From Phototrophicaceae bacterium (GTDB lineage: Bacteria; Chloroflexota; Anaerolineae; Aggregatilineales; Phototrophicaceae), in NCBI GenBank assembly GCA_965238035.1, contig OZ250163.1, forward strand, positions 1,711,575 through 1,775,574: a stretch of 64,000 nt of DNA. Direction: 5' to 3'. Positions 26,324 through 35,531 of the stretch are shown here, one piece after another. Positions within the stretch are counted from its first letter, which is position 1. Every line of letters begins with the position of its first letter. Position numbers and translations under genes: made by a program. Under the pieces are notes generated by a model, which was not told the origin of the DNA, made no database searches, and was given only the letters and a program-made list of their open reading frames with translations.

Positions 26324-27728
26324 GGATTTCTTCCTGAATGCGCTGACGCAAGGTCGGCATGGTCAGCAGGGCTGTCAGCCCGATGGAGATGAGGAAGAGT
26401 GCGTTGATCAGCCACACGCCGCCGACGGCGCCCGTCGTGTTGATCAACCAGGCGCCCGGCAGCAGCAGCGCCAGCAACAGGATGACACGCATCCATACCA
26501 TGCGCATCACCAGGTCCAGCGCGCGGTACAGGGGGCCGAAGATGCCGCCCAGCGTGGTCGCCAGGCCGAAGACCGCCAGCGCCGGAATCAGGGCCAGCAC
26601 AGGCAGCCACTTCTCGCCGAAGAGCGGCACGATCACCAGCGGCGCCACCAGTAACAGGGCCGCGTAAACCAGCAGTCCGCCCGCCAGCAGCGCCAGCAAC
26701 ACGCGCCGGAAGTTGCGCCACAGGTGCAGGTAGTCGCCGCGCCCCACCGCCTGTGGCACGATAGCCTGCATGTTTTCCTGCACCGCATGCGTCAGGACGC
26801 TGCTGCGGTCGATGAGGCGCAGCCCGAAGTGGACGTAACCGGCTGCGACCGGCCCGGCCAGCGCGCCCACCAGCTGCAGCGGCAACTGCATGAAGAGTAC
26901 GGCGAGGTTTTTGTCGAGCGCGTTGGCGAGGCCGAAGCGCCAGTAGCCGCGCAGCGAAACGCCGGGACAACGGCGCAGCACGACCGCCGGCGACGGCCAC
27001 AGCAGATCCCCGTCGCGCCGTTGCCGCAGGTAGAGCGCCAGCCCGGCCACCGACGCGATGACGGCGAAGAGCACGCGCGCGGCCACCTGGGCGGCGGCCG
27101 TTGGCCACAGCAGCGCCGCGGCCACCTGCAGTGTCGTCAGCACCAGCTGGTTGAAGGTGAACAGCAAGGCCGCCTGGCGCATGGCGCGGCGGGCCCGAAA
27201 GCAGGATTGCGCCAGCAGGAAGAGCGGGTCGAAAATCAGGATCAGCGCCAACCAGGCAGCGTAGGCTCCAACTTCCGCGTTGCCGACCGTTTTGAAGCCG
27301 GCCAGCAGGGCGTAATCGAGCCCGTGCACCGCATGGGGCAGGATCGGCTCGCGGTAGAGCGCTTGCGCCAGCGTCGGGCCGATCAGGGCAAGCACCAGCA
27401 GACTGAAGAGCGACCAGATCAGCGTGACCTTGACGAAAATGGCCAGCAGGTCGCGAATCTGTGCCTCTTCGCGCGCGCCCACCGCCGCCGGCAGCAGGGT
27501 ATCGATGCTGACTGCCAGGCCGCTCAGGTTCAGGGTGCGCCAGACATTCAGGAAGGAGAGCGACAGGGCGTAGATGCCGTAGCGGGCCGGGCCCAGGCGC
27601 ACCGGCACGAAGACCCAGGCGATCATGCCCAGGCCCACCACGACCAGCCGCCCCAGCTGCAGCGTGAGGGTGTCGCGCACAAACTTGCGTCGCAGCAGTT
27701 CCCGCAGCGCGGTCAGCAGCCTGTTCAT
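26316..27728 (-). CDS. Oligosaccharide/polysaccharide flippase (Wzx-like, MOP superfamily)
   Basis: Trimmed to ATG 27728 (MNRLLTALRELLRRKFVRDT), which has an ATGA overlap with the GT4 stop. About 470 aa with 12-14 TM. Confidence 0.8.
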   Translation of the reverse strand: MNRLLTALRELLRRKFVRDTLTLQLGRLVVVGLGMIAWVFVPVRLGPARYGIYALSLSFLNVWRTLNLSGLAVSIDTLLPAAVGAREEAQIRDLLAIFVKVTLIWSLFSLLVLALIGPTLAQALYREPILPHAVHGLDYALLAGFKTVGNAEVGAYAAWLALILIFDPLFLLAQSCFRARRAMRQAALLFTFNQLVLTTLQVAAALLWPTAAAQVAARVLFAVIASVAGLALYLRQRRDGDLLWPSPAVVLRRCPGVSLRGYWRFGLANALDKNLAVLFMQLPLQLVGALAGPVAAGYVHFGLRLIDRSSVLTHAVQENMQAIVPQAVGRGDYLHLWRNFRRVLLALLAGGLLVYAALLLVAPLVIVPLFGEKWLPVLALIPALAVFGLATTLGGIFGPLYRALDLVMRMVWMRVILLLALLLPGAWLINTTGAVGGVWLINALFLISIGLTALLTMPTLRQRIQEEIHG

Positions 27729-28858
27729 CGCGTTACTTGCGCCGCCAGCTGCGCGTAAAGCGGCAGCAGCTCCTGGGCAACCCGCTCCCAGGTCTGCTCC
27801 TGCGCGCGTCCGCGTCCGGCGGCGCCCATGCATTGCGCCTGCTGCGGGTTGCGCAGCAGGGTCAGAATGGCAGCCGCCAGCGCTTCCGTCACGCCCTCCT
27901 GCGCGACCAGCAGTCCGGTCACGCCGTCCACAATGGCGTCCTCAACGCCGCAGTCACGCGTGCTGATGACCGGCAGGCCGGCCGCGCTGGCCTCCAGATG
28001 CGCCAGACCGAAGCCCTCGAAGCGCGCGCCGACGTTCAGCGAGGGCAGGGCAAAAACCTGTGCCGCCGCGTACCAGCCGAGCAGCGTCTCTTCATCGACG
28101 TGGCCCAACAGATGCACCTGGCCTGTCAGCCCGTGCTCGTGTATTGTCCTGCGCACCTGCGCTGCATAAGCGGGCGCGTCCCGCTGGCTGCCGATGATCA
28201 CGCAGCGCGCCTGCGGCAGGGCGGCAACCACCTGCGCCATCGCCCGTATCAGCTCCAGCGTGCCCTTGCGCGGCTTGAGTGCGCCGACCGAGAGAACGGT
28301 CGGGCTCTGCGTGGCCTGGGCCGCAGCGGGCAGGGCGAAGCGCTGCGGGTCGATGCCGTTGGCGATGACCAGGGGCTGCGCGCCCGGCAGCAGCTGGCGC
28401 GCGACCTGAGCCGTGTAGTTGCTGACGCAGACCAGCTGCGCGCGTTCCAGCGCCCGGCGCCAGACGAGCCTGGCGGGCCAGGGCCGCCGGGACAGGAGCG
28501 CGACATAGCTACCGTGAGACGTCACCAGATGTGGGCGCCGGCCCGCGACCTGGCTGCCACACACTGCGTAAGGCTCGACCAGGGTGTGGATCAGGTCACA
28601 ACTGTGCAGTGCCCGTGCCACGGACGGGGCGACCAACAGGTTACGTAGCAGCAACTGACCCTGGGCCGGACTGGTGTTGGGGAGCAGACGCTGCTGCTCA
28701 AGCGGCGTGTCGTCCGGGCTGTTGCGCGCGCTGACCACGGTCATGGGCAGGCCGGCGCGCTGCAGGGCCTGCAACAGGTCCAGGCTGTAGCGCGCCCAGC
28801 CGTGGCGCTGGCCAATATCCCCTGTGAGGAAGCCGACTCGCGGCAAATTCCCGGCCAC
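27725..28858 (-). CDS. Glycosyltransferase family 4 (GT-B)
   Basis: 377 aa with the C-terminal GT4 motif (EGFGLAHLEASAAGLPVISTRDCGVEDAI). Confidence 0.85.
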   Translation of the reverse strand: MAGNLPRVGFLTGDIGQRHGWARYSLDLLQALQRAGLPMTVVSARNSPDDTPLEQQRLLPNTSPAQGQLLLRNLLVAPSVARALHSCDLIHTLVEPYAVCGSQVAGRRPHLVTSHGSYVALLSRRPWPARLVWRRALERAQLVCVSNYTAQVARQLLPGAQPLVIANGIDPQRFALPAAAQATQSPTVLSVGALKPRKGTLELIRAMAQVVAALPQARCVIIGSQRDAPAYAAQVRRTIHEHGLTGQVHLLGHVDEETLLGWYAAAQVFALPSLNVGARFEGFGLAHLEASAAGLPVISTRDCGVEDAIVDGVTGLLVAQEGVTEALAAAILTLLRNPQQAQCMGAAGRGRAQEQTWERVAQELLPLYAQLAAQVTR

Positions 28859-28863
28859 GGGCT

Positions 28864-30591
28864 TCAGCGGGCCTCCCCGCGCTTCGCCTCCGGCGTCAGG
28901 CCATTGCGCGCCAGCACCTGAGCGCGCAGTTGCTCGAAGCTGATGCCGTATTGCGCGGCAATCTCGCGCGCATGGCTGTGGCCGAGGGGCGGGCCGGGGG
29001 CGATGCGGAATGTGCGCTGCGCGACAGCGTCCGCGCCGAGGGATTCCGGCAGCACCTGTGCCACCAGACTGACCACGGCGCTGTCGCCCGCGGTTTCGGC
29101 GTTGATGGCCGCCGCGTCCGCGGCCAGCTCGTGCAAATGCGTGGCGAAGAGGGCGCGCGCGCCCAGCAGCCGCAGCGCGCGCAGAATGTCACGCGCCAGC
29201 CAGAAGCTCTCGCCCGCGCTGGTGCTGGCCAGCGATTCGTTGAAGAGCAGCAAGCTGTGGCGCGTGGCGTGGCGAAAGATGGCCGCCAGGCGCTGCGCCT
29301 CCTCGCCCAACCTGCCACTGGCCAGCCGCGGCCGTTCGCCGGCGGCGAAGTGCGTGAAAAGCCCGTCGACCGGGCTCATGGTTGCCCGCTGCGCCGGCAG
29401 GTACAGGCCGGCCTGCAGCAGGATCTGCGCCAGGCCAAGCGCCTGGGTCCAGGTGGTCTTGCCGCCGCGGTTGGGGCCGGTCAGGATGAAGATGCGCCCC
29501 TCCTCGCCGAAATCGGCGTCGTTGCCGACGACTTCGTTCTGCAGCGCGCGCGGCTGCCCGGAGGGGGCCAGTTGCAGCGCGAGGTTGAGGTTGATCAGGC
29601 CGCGCAGCTCGCAGCGGCGGTCTGCCACTGGCGCGAGTTCTGGCCGGCAAACGGGCAGGCCGCAGGCGCGCAGATGCGCGATCAGGCGCAGCGCGCCCAT
29701 ATAGAAGGCGATCTCCTCCTGCAAGAGCAGCAGCGCCCGCCCGCTTACTCTGGTGTAGCGGCGCAAGGCGACGGCCAGTGGGCGGCAGGTCTCGTTGAGC
29801 ACGTCGTTCAGGTCGCGAAAGAGGGGTTGCAGCAAGGGGCTGTCGCTGGCGGGCAGGCGAGCGCCGAAGCCGCCGCCATCCTCCGCCTTGTGCAGCGGGC
29901 CAATGCCGTCCGCGGCCGGGCGCCGGGCGCCCAGGCGCTCGAAGAAGGACAGCGTGTCGCCGCGGAAGGGCTGCTGGTGGATGGCCAGCAGGGTGGCTTC
30001 GACCGGACGCAGCTGGCCGTCCAGGTTGATGCCGATAGTGATGGCGCGCAGGCTGCGAATCTGCTCCAGCAACTCCGGCAATTCCGCCTGCAGTTCACGG
30101 AAGAGCGGGTCGTCAGCGATGGCCGCGACCTGGCTGCGCAGCGTGCAGAGCGCGCCGGAGCGCATGGCCGGCCCGGCCACTGCAAAGGCGTCGCCCAGCA
30201 GGGTCACGCAATCGACGAGGCTCTCCAGCTCACCGAGGCGCCAGGTCACCTTCTGTAGTTCGTCCTGGTCCCATTGCGGCCGCGTCACGTACTCCTGCAA
30301 CGTCTGCAGGATGGAGAGCGCGGCGGCCAGCTGGCCGGCCAGGCCCGGGCAGCGCAGCAAGTCGTCAATGACATCCAGGCGCCAGGCGATGTGCGCCGGC
30401 TCCGTCAGGGGCTGCAGCAGCATGTTCAGCGTGCTGTGACGCCAGCGCTGCCCGTCAAGCAGCAGCGTCAACAACGGCTCCAGGTCGAGATCAGCCGTGT
30501 GCCAGCGTTCTGCGCTGATGGCGGGCGGCCTGTGCTCCCGCGCCGGCCACAGCAAACTCACCGCGCTACCGCTGCCCGTGCCGTCTGCCAT
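28864..30591 (-). CDS. MutS-related ATPase (MutS domain III/V core, no mismatch-binding or Smr domain evident)
   Basis: 575 aa. Walker A is LTGPNRGGKTTW. The MutS-like Walker B region is SLLLFNESLASTS. Ends 5 nt upstream of the GT4 start. Confidence 0.75.
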   Translation of the reverse strand: MADGTGSGSAVSLLWPAREHRPPAISAERWHTADLDLEPLLTLLLDGQRWRHSTLNMLLQPLTEPAHIAWRLDVIDDLLRCPGLAGQLAAALSILQTLQEYVTRPQWDQDELQKVTWRLGELESLVDCVTLLGDAFAVAGPAMRSGALCTLRSQVAAIADDPLFRELQAELPELLEQIRSLRAITIGINLDGQLRPVEATLLAIHQQPFRGDTLSFFERLGARRPAADGIGPLHKAEDGGGFGARLPASDSPLLQPLFRDLNDVLNETCRPLAVALRRYTRVSGRALLLLQEEIAFYMGALRLIAHLRACGLPVCRPELAPVADRRCELRGLINLNLALQLAPSGQPRALQNEVVGNDADFGEEGRIFILTGPNRGGKTTWTQALGLAQILLQAGLYLPAQRATMSPVDGLFTHFAAGERPRLASGRLGEEAQRLAAIFRHATRHSLLLFNESLASTSAGESFWLARDILRALRLLGARALFATHLHELAADAAAINAETAGDSAVVSLVAQVLPESLGADAVAQRTFRIAPGPPLGHSHAREIAAQYGISFEQLRAQVLARNGLTPEAKRGEAR

Positions 30592-30735
30592 GCGCGCCGA
30601 TCCCTGCCGCCATTTCTATCGGGTGCCAGTATAGCACAGCGCTGCCCGGCGCCCGTGGCCGGACCATTCTGTAGCGATTGCGGCGGGCGCGTGGTACCAT
30701 GTTGTACATCGCAGCCGCAGCAGGGGATCAGCGCC

Positions 30736-31425
30736 ATGCAACAGGGGAGCGACCGTTTTCGTCTGGTTGTTCGCAGGGGCCCCACGCCCAGCCAGACCTG
30801 GGATCTCGATGGAGAGCTGATTACCGTAGGGCGCGATGTCAGCAACGACATCGTCGTTAACGACGCCGAGTCCAGCCGACAGCATTTACGCTTGCGGCGT
30901 CGGCGGGGCGGCGGCTATGTGCTTGAGGACCTCGGCTCTACCAATGGCACCTTCGTCAACGGCCAGCGTCTGAGTGGCGCGCGCTCGCTGCACAATGGCG
31001 ACATGATCGGCCTCGGCGAAACGGTCACCCTGGCCTACGAGCGCGTTCCGGGCACGGAAGGCATCGCGGTGGCAGGCGGCCCCTGGGCAAAGGGTGCGGC
31101 GGACGCGGAAAGCATCGCGGACGCAGCGCCGCTGCCCGATGTGCCCGAACCCGCGTCGCCGCGCGTCAGCGAGCGCCGGCCGCCGGCCCAGGAAGTGCTG
31201 GAGGACGCGCCCGGCTACGATTACGATCCCTACGCCATGCCCGAGGAAGAAGAGCCGCGCAGCAACACCCTGCGCTGGATCGGGATTGGCTGTATCGTGA
31301 TGTTGCTGCTTTGTTGCTGCCTGAGCATCGCCCTGGTCGTGCTCATCGACCAGGCCTGCCTGTGGGACCAGATCCCGCTGCTGTCCGACGCCTTGCGGGC
31401 CCTGGGCTTCTACATGACCTGCTGA
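30736..31425 (+). CDS. FHA domain protein with C-terminal transmembrane anchor
   Basis: Start trimmed to ATG 30736. FHA core is ITVGRDVSNDIVVNDAESSRQHLRL...LGSTNGTFVNGQRL. The C-terminal TM is IGIGCIVMLLLCCCLSIALVVLI. Confidence 0.85.
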   Translation: MQQGSDRFRLVVRRGPTPSQTWDLDGELITVGRDVSNDIVVNDAESSRQHLRLRRRRGGGYVLEDLGSTNGTFVNGQRLSGARSLHNGDMIGLGETVTLAYERVPGTEGIAVAGGPWAKGAADAESIADAAPLPDVPEPASPRVSERRPPAQEVLEDAPGYDYDPYAMPEEEEPRSNTLRWIGIGCIVMLLLCCCLSIALVVLIDQACLWDQIPLLSDALRALGFYMTC

Positions 31426-31434
31426 GCGCGCAGC

Positions 31435-32016
31435 CTACTGCAGCTCGTCCAGTTGCGAGCGCGCAATGCGGTAGTGGTAGTTCTCGCGCGAGGCGGTCAG
31501 CCGGCCTTCCTCGATCCACTGGAGGATGTCATCCTCCGTAACCTCCATGTAGAGCGCGGCCTCGCTGAGTGACATTACGCTGGGGAAGGTTTCGCGTTTG
31601 GGCCCCAGACGCTGCGACAGGCCCGGCAGGTCGAGCACACGAGGCCGCGGCGCGCTTGCTGCGGGCCGTGCCGTTGTTCGCTGCTCGCGCGCCTCATCCT
31701 GCAGGTCACCCAGCAGGCCCGGCAGACGCGGCAACCCCGGCGGGCTGGTGAGCAGCACCCAGGCGAGGCCGGCGACGAGCAGCATACCTGCCAGCTCAAA
31801 GAGCCCCACCGCGCCCTGCGCGAAGGAGGCAGCGCTCTCGTTACGGCCAAAGGCCAACGGCACGAATATGCCATTCAGCAGCACCGAAAGCAGCGCCGGC
31901 AAGGTCAACAGGGCGCCCGCCGCCCGCACATGCCGCCCCTCGGCCTTTAGCGACCCGTAGTCGACGCGTTGCCGCACAATCAGGACGACACCGAGAAACA
32001 GCAGGATGAGCGCCAT
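31435..32016 (-). CDS. Membrane protein with C-terminal excisionase/MerR-type helix-turn-helix
   Basis: Trimmed to ATG 32016 (MALILLFLGVVLIV). Has 3-4 TM followed by MSLSEAALYMEVTEDDILQWIEEGRLTASR, a typical HTH_17-like motif. Confidence 0.65.
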   Translation of the reverse strand: MALILLFLGVVLIVRQRVDYGSLKAEGRHVRAAGALLTLPALLSVLLNGIFVPLAFGRNESAASFAQGAVGLFELAGMLLVAGLAWVLLTSPPGLPRLPGLLGDLQDEAREQRTTARPAASAPRPRVLDLPGLSQRLGPKRETFPSVMSLSEAALYMEVTEDDILQWIEEGRLTASRENYHYRIARSQLDELQ

Positions 32017-32204
32017 CACGTTACCTTTTCTGTCTGCACCATCGCTGGTAGTGTACCGCAAGTTGTTGCTGCTTACCGCCCACAGTACGCGATTCACTGA
32101 ATTCACAGAATCGCCAGGATTGTGTCTTAACCCGTCCTGCATACAGATTTTGACTGTTGAGCAGAATGCAGTACTATGGGCGCAGTTGGTACGCAGGATG
32201 AACT

Positions 32205-34304
32205 ATGGCATTCGATTTTGAGGCGCTGGCGGGGCACCTTCACGTCGCGGGTGGACGTGTTATTAATGCCGGCCCGCCCGGCTATCTGGTCGAGGCGGCG
32301 CCACAGCGCCCGGCCCGCGGCCGCGAAACGGACACTTTTTTTGGTCTCGTGATGCCCGGCAGCGGCCGGCCCGCGCCAGCAGCCTTTTACGAACGTATGG
32401 TACAGGTCGCCTCCGAAGACTACTTCGAGAGCAGCGGCAGCGTGACCGCCGGCATACGCACGCTGCTGCACAACCTCAACGACAACCTCTACCGGCACAA
32501 CCTGCAGAGCGATAGTCGCTTTGAGGCCTGGATGCTCTGCGCCGTCCTGCACGGCAGCGATGTCTTCCTGGCGCGCGTCGGTGGCGGTGCGGCCCTGTTG
32601 CAGGTTGAAGATCACATCAGCCCCTTCCCGGCGCAGCCGGAGGGTGGCTTCGCGCAGCCCGGCCTGGCGCTCGGCGCCCAGGCGGAGCCGGACATCCGCA
32701 TGACGCACTACAGCCTCAGCAGTGGTGCGCGTCTGGTCATGGGTGACGGCAATTTCTCGGCGCTCGTCGGCCTGGAGGAAGATGCGTCGCTGGACGCGCT
32801 GGAGGGCACGGACCTGGCCGAAGTCATCCTCGGCTTCCGCCGGTTGACGCAGGACAGCCTCAGCCTGATGGCCGTCGAATTCGTGCCGCCGGATGCGCCG
32901 GCCGGCATCGCCGAGCGCGAGGGCGTCTCCTCGCGCCGGGAAGTCGGCGCCGAGGAGCAGGAGTCGGCAGAAATGCCGGCAGGAAACCTTGCCGGCCAGC
33001 AAATGCTGCAGCGCGCCGGGAATGTCGCCCTGCGCCTGGCGGACGGCATGGAAAAGCTGGGCAGCGTCGTCGAGCGCGTCGCCGGCCGAAATACTGATCC
33101 GGCCGCTGGCCGCCTCGCGCGCCTGGCCAACACCGGCAGCATTGTGCTCATCCCGATAGCCGTGGTCTTGCTGGCGCTGATCATGTGGCTGGGCGGCACC
33201 GGCAGCAGCGAATATGAACGCTGCGTCGAGGAGGCCTGGCAGGGCGCGCGGCTGGCGCGCAACATCGCCTCCGGCGACGTCAACGGCACCCTGTCTGCCT
33301 GGGGCGCCGTGCAGTTGACCGTCGAAAGCTGCACCGCCATGCGCCCGGAGGAGATTGACGTCGCGCTCGTCGAACTGCGGCGCGAGGGCCAGACCATCGT
33401 CGACCGCATCAACGACATTGAGCGGCGCGAGATCTTCGTCATCGAGGCTTTCCCCAACGCCATCCTGACCGACATCGTCCTGCGCGGTGATGACCTTTAC
33501 GTGCTCGATTCCGGCAACCAGCAGGTCTATCGCATCACGCTCAACGACAGCGGTCTCGGCATCGTGCCCGGCTCGCGGCAACCCATCGCCACCATGCGGC
33601 GCGGCGCCAACGTCGATCTCTACACGCTCGACAGCCTGGTCGGCCTCACCTGGTCCGAGGACGGCAGCGGCCTGAGCCAGAGCAACGTGTTGCTCTTGCT
33701 GGACGAGGCCGGGGTGCTGGTCGAGTATTCGCCTACCTTCCTGGCGCGCGGCGTACAGAGCCTGCTGGGCACCGAGCAGTGGCGCACGCCGCAACGCATG
33801 ACGTCCTGGCGCGGCCGCATCTACATTCTCGATCCGGCCGCGGAGCAGATCTGGCGTTATGATCCGCTCAGCGGCGCCTTCGCCGGCGCGCCCATCGGTT
33901 ATTTCGCCGGCGTCAACCGTCCCATCCTGTCGCAGGCCGTCGATTTCGGCATCGACGACTCCGGCCGCGTGTACGTGCTGTTCTCCGACGGCGTCATCGC
34001 CCTGTTCCGCGCCGGCGAGGAGATCCGCTTTGGCTTCGCCGGCTTCCCGCCGGGCCAGGAGCTGCGCAACGCCGATGCGATGTACCTCAACACCGACCCG
34101 GTCGCGCCCGCCATTTACATCGTCGACCGGAAGACCCGCACCGTCTTCGAGACTTCGCTGGCGGGCACCTTTATCAACAGCTACCGCACCTACGATGAAA
34201 CCCTCTTCGCCGGCCTGGCGGGCGTGGTGGTCGACGAGACCCGCAAGATCGTTTACGTGCTCTCCGGCAACTCGGTGCTGGGCTTCAACAAGCTGTTAAA
34301 CTGA
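32205..34304 (+). CDS. PP2C-like (possibly degenerate) domain, TM segment and beta-propeller-like repeat protein
   Basis: 699 aa. The N-terminal roughly 230 aa resemble the PP2C/SpoIIE fold (DVFLARVGGGAALL, LVMGDGNF). There is one TM (IVLIPIAVVLLALIMW). The C-terminus has repeats of the type LYVLDSGNQQVYRI, IYILDPAAEQIWRY and IYIVDRKTRTVFE. Confidence 0.6.
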   Translation: MAFDFEALAGHLHVAGGRVINAGPPGYLVEAAPQRPARGRETDTFFGLVMPGSGRPAPAAFYERMVQVASEDYFESSGSVTAGIRTLLHNLNDNLYRHNLQSDSRFEAWMLCAVLHGSDVFLARVGGGAALLQVEDHISPFPAQPEGGFAQPGLALGAQAEPDIRMTHYSLSSGARLVMGDGNFSALVGLEEDASLDALEGTDLAEVILGFRRLTQDSLSLMAVEFVPPDAPAGIAEREGVSSRREVGAEEQESAEMPAGNLAGQQMLQRAGNVALRLADGMEKLGSVVERVAGRNTDPAAGRLARLANTGSIVLIPIAVVLLALIMWLGGTGSSEYERCVEEAWQGARLARNIASGDVNGTLSAWGAVQLTVESCTAMRPEEIDVALVELRREGQTIVDRINDIERREIFVIEAFPNAILTDIVLRGDDLYVLDSGNQQVYRITLNDSGLGIVPGSRQPIATMRRGANVDLYTLDSLVGLTWSEDGSGLSQSNVLLLLDEAGVLVEYSPTFLARGVQSLLGTEQWRTPQRMTSWRGRIYILDPAAEQIWRYDPLSGAFAGAPIGYFAGVNRPILSQAVDFGIDDSGRVYVLFSDGVIALFRAGEEIRFGFAGFPPGQELRNADAMYLNTDPVAPAIYIVDRKTRTVFETSLAGTFINSYRTYDETLFAGLAGVVVDETRKIVYVLSGNSVLGFNKLLN

Positions 34305-34433
34305 CCCATTGGCAACCCGCTGCCACACTACAGCAGACAGACAGGCTGACCCTGCGGCCTGACTGCCTTTTCCCGTATACTACGCGGCCAACCCGCAGGT
34401 TTCGCCTACGCCGAGGGGCGTGACAGGAGCGGC

Positions 34434-35516
34434 ATGCGCTTACCGGCCTGGTTATTCATCGCGGGCGTGCTGTTGATCATGGCTGCCGCCGCGTTGTTCG
34501 CGGCGCTCGCCTTTCTGGGCGCCCGCCAGCTTTCCCTGCAGGCCGGCCTGGCCGGCATCGAAGTCGCGTCGCTCGCCGACAACCTGCGCTGGCAGCCCAC
34601 GTCCGTGCCCACCCTGGCGTCCAACCAGGAGACGCGCGTTGAGGCCGCGGCCACGCTGGCGCCCGCGCAACTGCCGCCGCCGCTGACGGACCCGCGCGCG
34701 CGCAACATTCTGCTGCTGGGGATTGACCAGCGCTCCGGCGTCGTCAGTAGCGAACGCTGGTATCGCACCGACACCATGATGGTCGTCCGCATCGAGCCCC
34801 TGCGCGAACGTCTGGGCATGCTTTCTATCCCGCGCGACCTCTGGCTCGATTTTGCGGATGGCGGCCCGCCGGGCCGCATCAACACCGCCAACAGTCGTGG
34901 CGGCAGCCAGGGCTATCCCACCGGCGGCCCCGGCCTCGCCGCGGACACCCTGCAGAGCAATTTCGGCCTGCGCATCGACAACTTCCTGCTGGTCAACTTC
35001 GATGCTTTCCTCACTGCCGTGGACCTGCTGGCGCCAGATGGTGTGGAGCTCTGCGTCGATGAGCACATTAACGATGCGAACTATCCGGACAGCGGCCACG
35101 GCACGATCACCGTGACCTTCGAGCGGGGCTGCCAGCTGCTCGACGCGACGCGCCTGCTGCAATATGCGCGCACACGCGCCACGCGCGGCGCAGACTTTGA
35201 CCGGGCGCGCCGCCAGCAACAGGTGCTGGTCGCCATGCTGCGCCATCTCGCCAGCGTGGAAGGCGTCGGCCAGCTCCTCGCGCAGGCGCCCACCCTGTGG
35301 CAGGAACTGGGCAACAGCTTCCGCACGGACCTCAGCCTTGAGGAAATCCTGCAGTTCGCGCTGCTGCTGCGCAGCATCCCGCCCGAAAACCTGCGCACGG
35401 GCGTGATCGACAATCTCGTGGTGCGCTTCGGCACGACGGCGGAGGGCGACCGGGTGCTCTATCCAGACTCGGCGGCCATCCGCGCGCTCATCCAGGAAGT
35501 CCTCGGCAACGGCTAG
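34434..35516 (+). CDS. LCP (LytR-CpsA-Psr) family protein
   Basis: 360 aa with an N-terminal TM. Shows the LCP motifs ILLLGIDQR, RTDTMMVVRIEP and LSIPRDLW. Confidence 0.85.
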   Translation: MRLPAWLFIAGVLLIMAAAALFAALAFLGARQLSLQAGLAGIEVASLADNLRWQPTSVPTLASNQETRVEAAATLAPAQLPPPLTDPRARNILLLGIDQRSGVVSSERWYRTDTMMVVRIEPLRERLGMLSIPRDLWLDFADGGPPGRINTANSRGGSQGYPTGGPGLAADTLQSNFGLRIDNFLLVNFDAFLTAVDLLAPDGVELCVDEHINDANYPDSGHGTITVTFERGCQLLDATRLLQYARTRATRGADFDRARRQQQVLVAMLRHLASVEGVGQLLAQAPTLWQELGNSFRTDLSLEEILQFALLLRSIPPENLRTGVIDNLVVRFGTTAEGDRVLYPDSAAIRALIQEVLGNG

Positions 35517-35531
35517 CGCGCCAGCGGCCGC

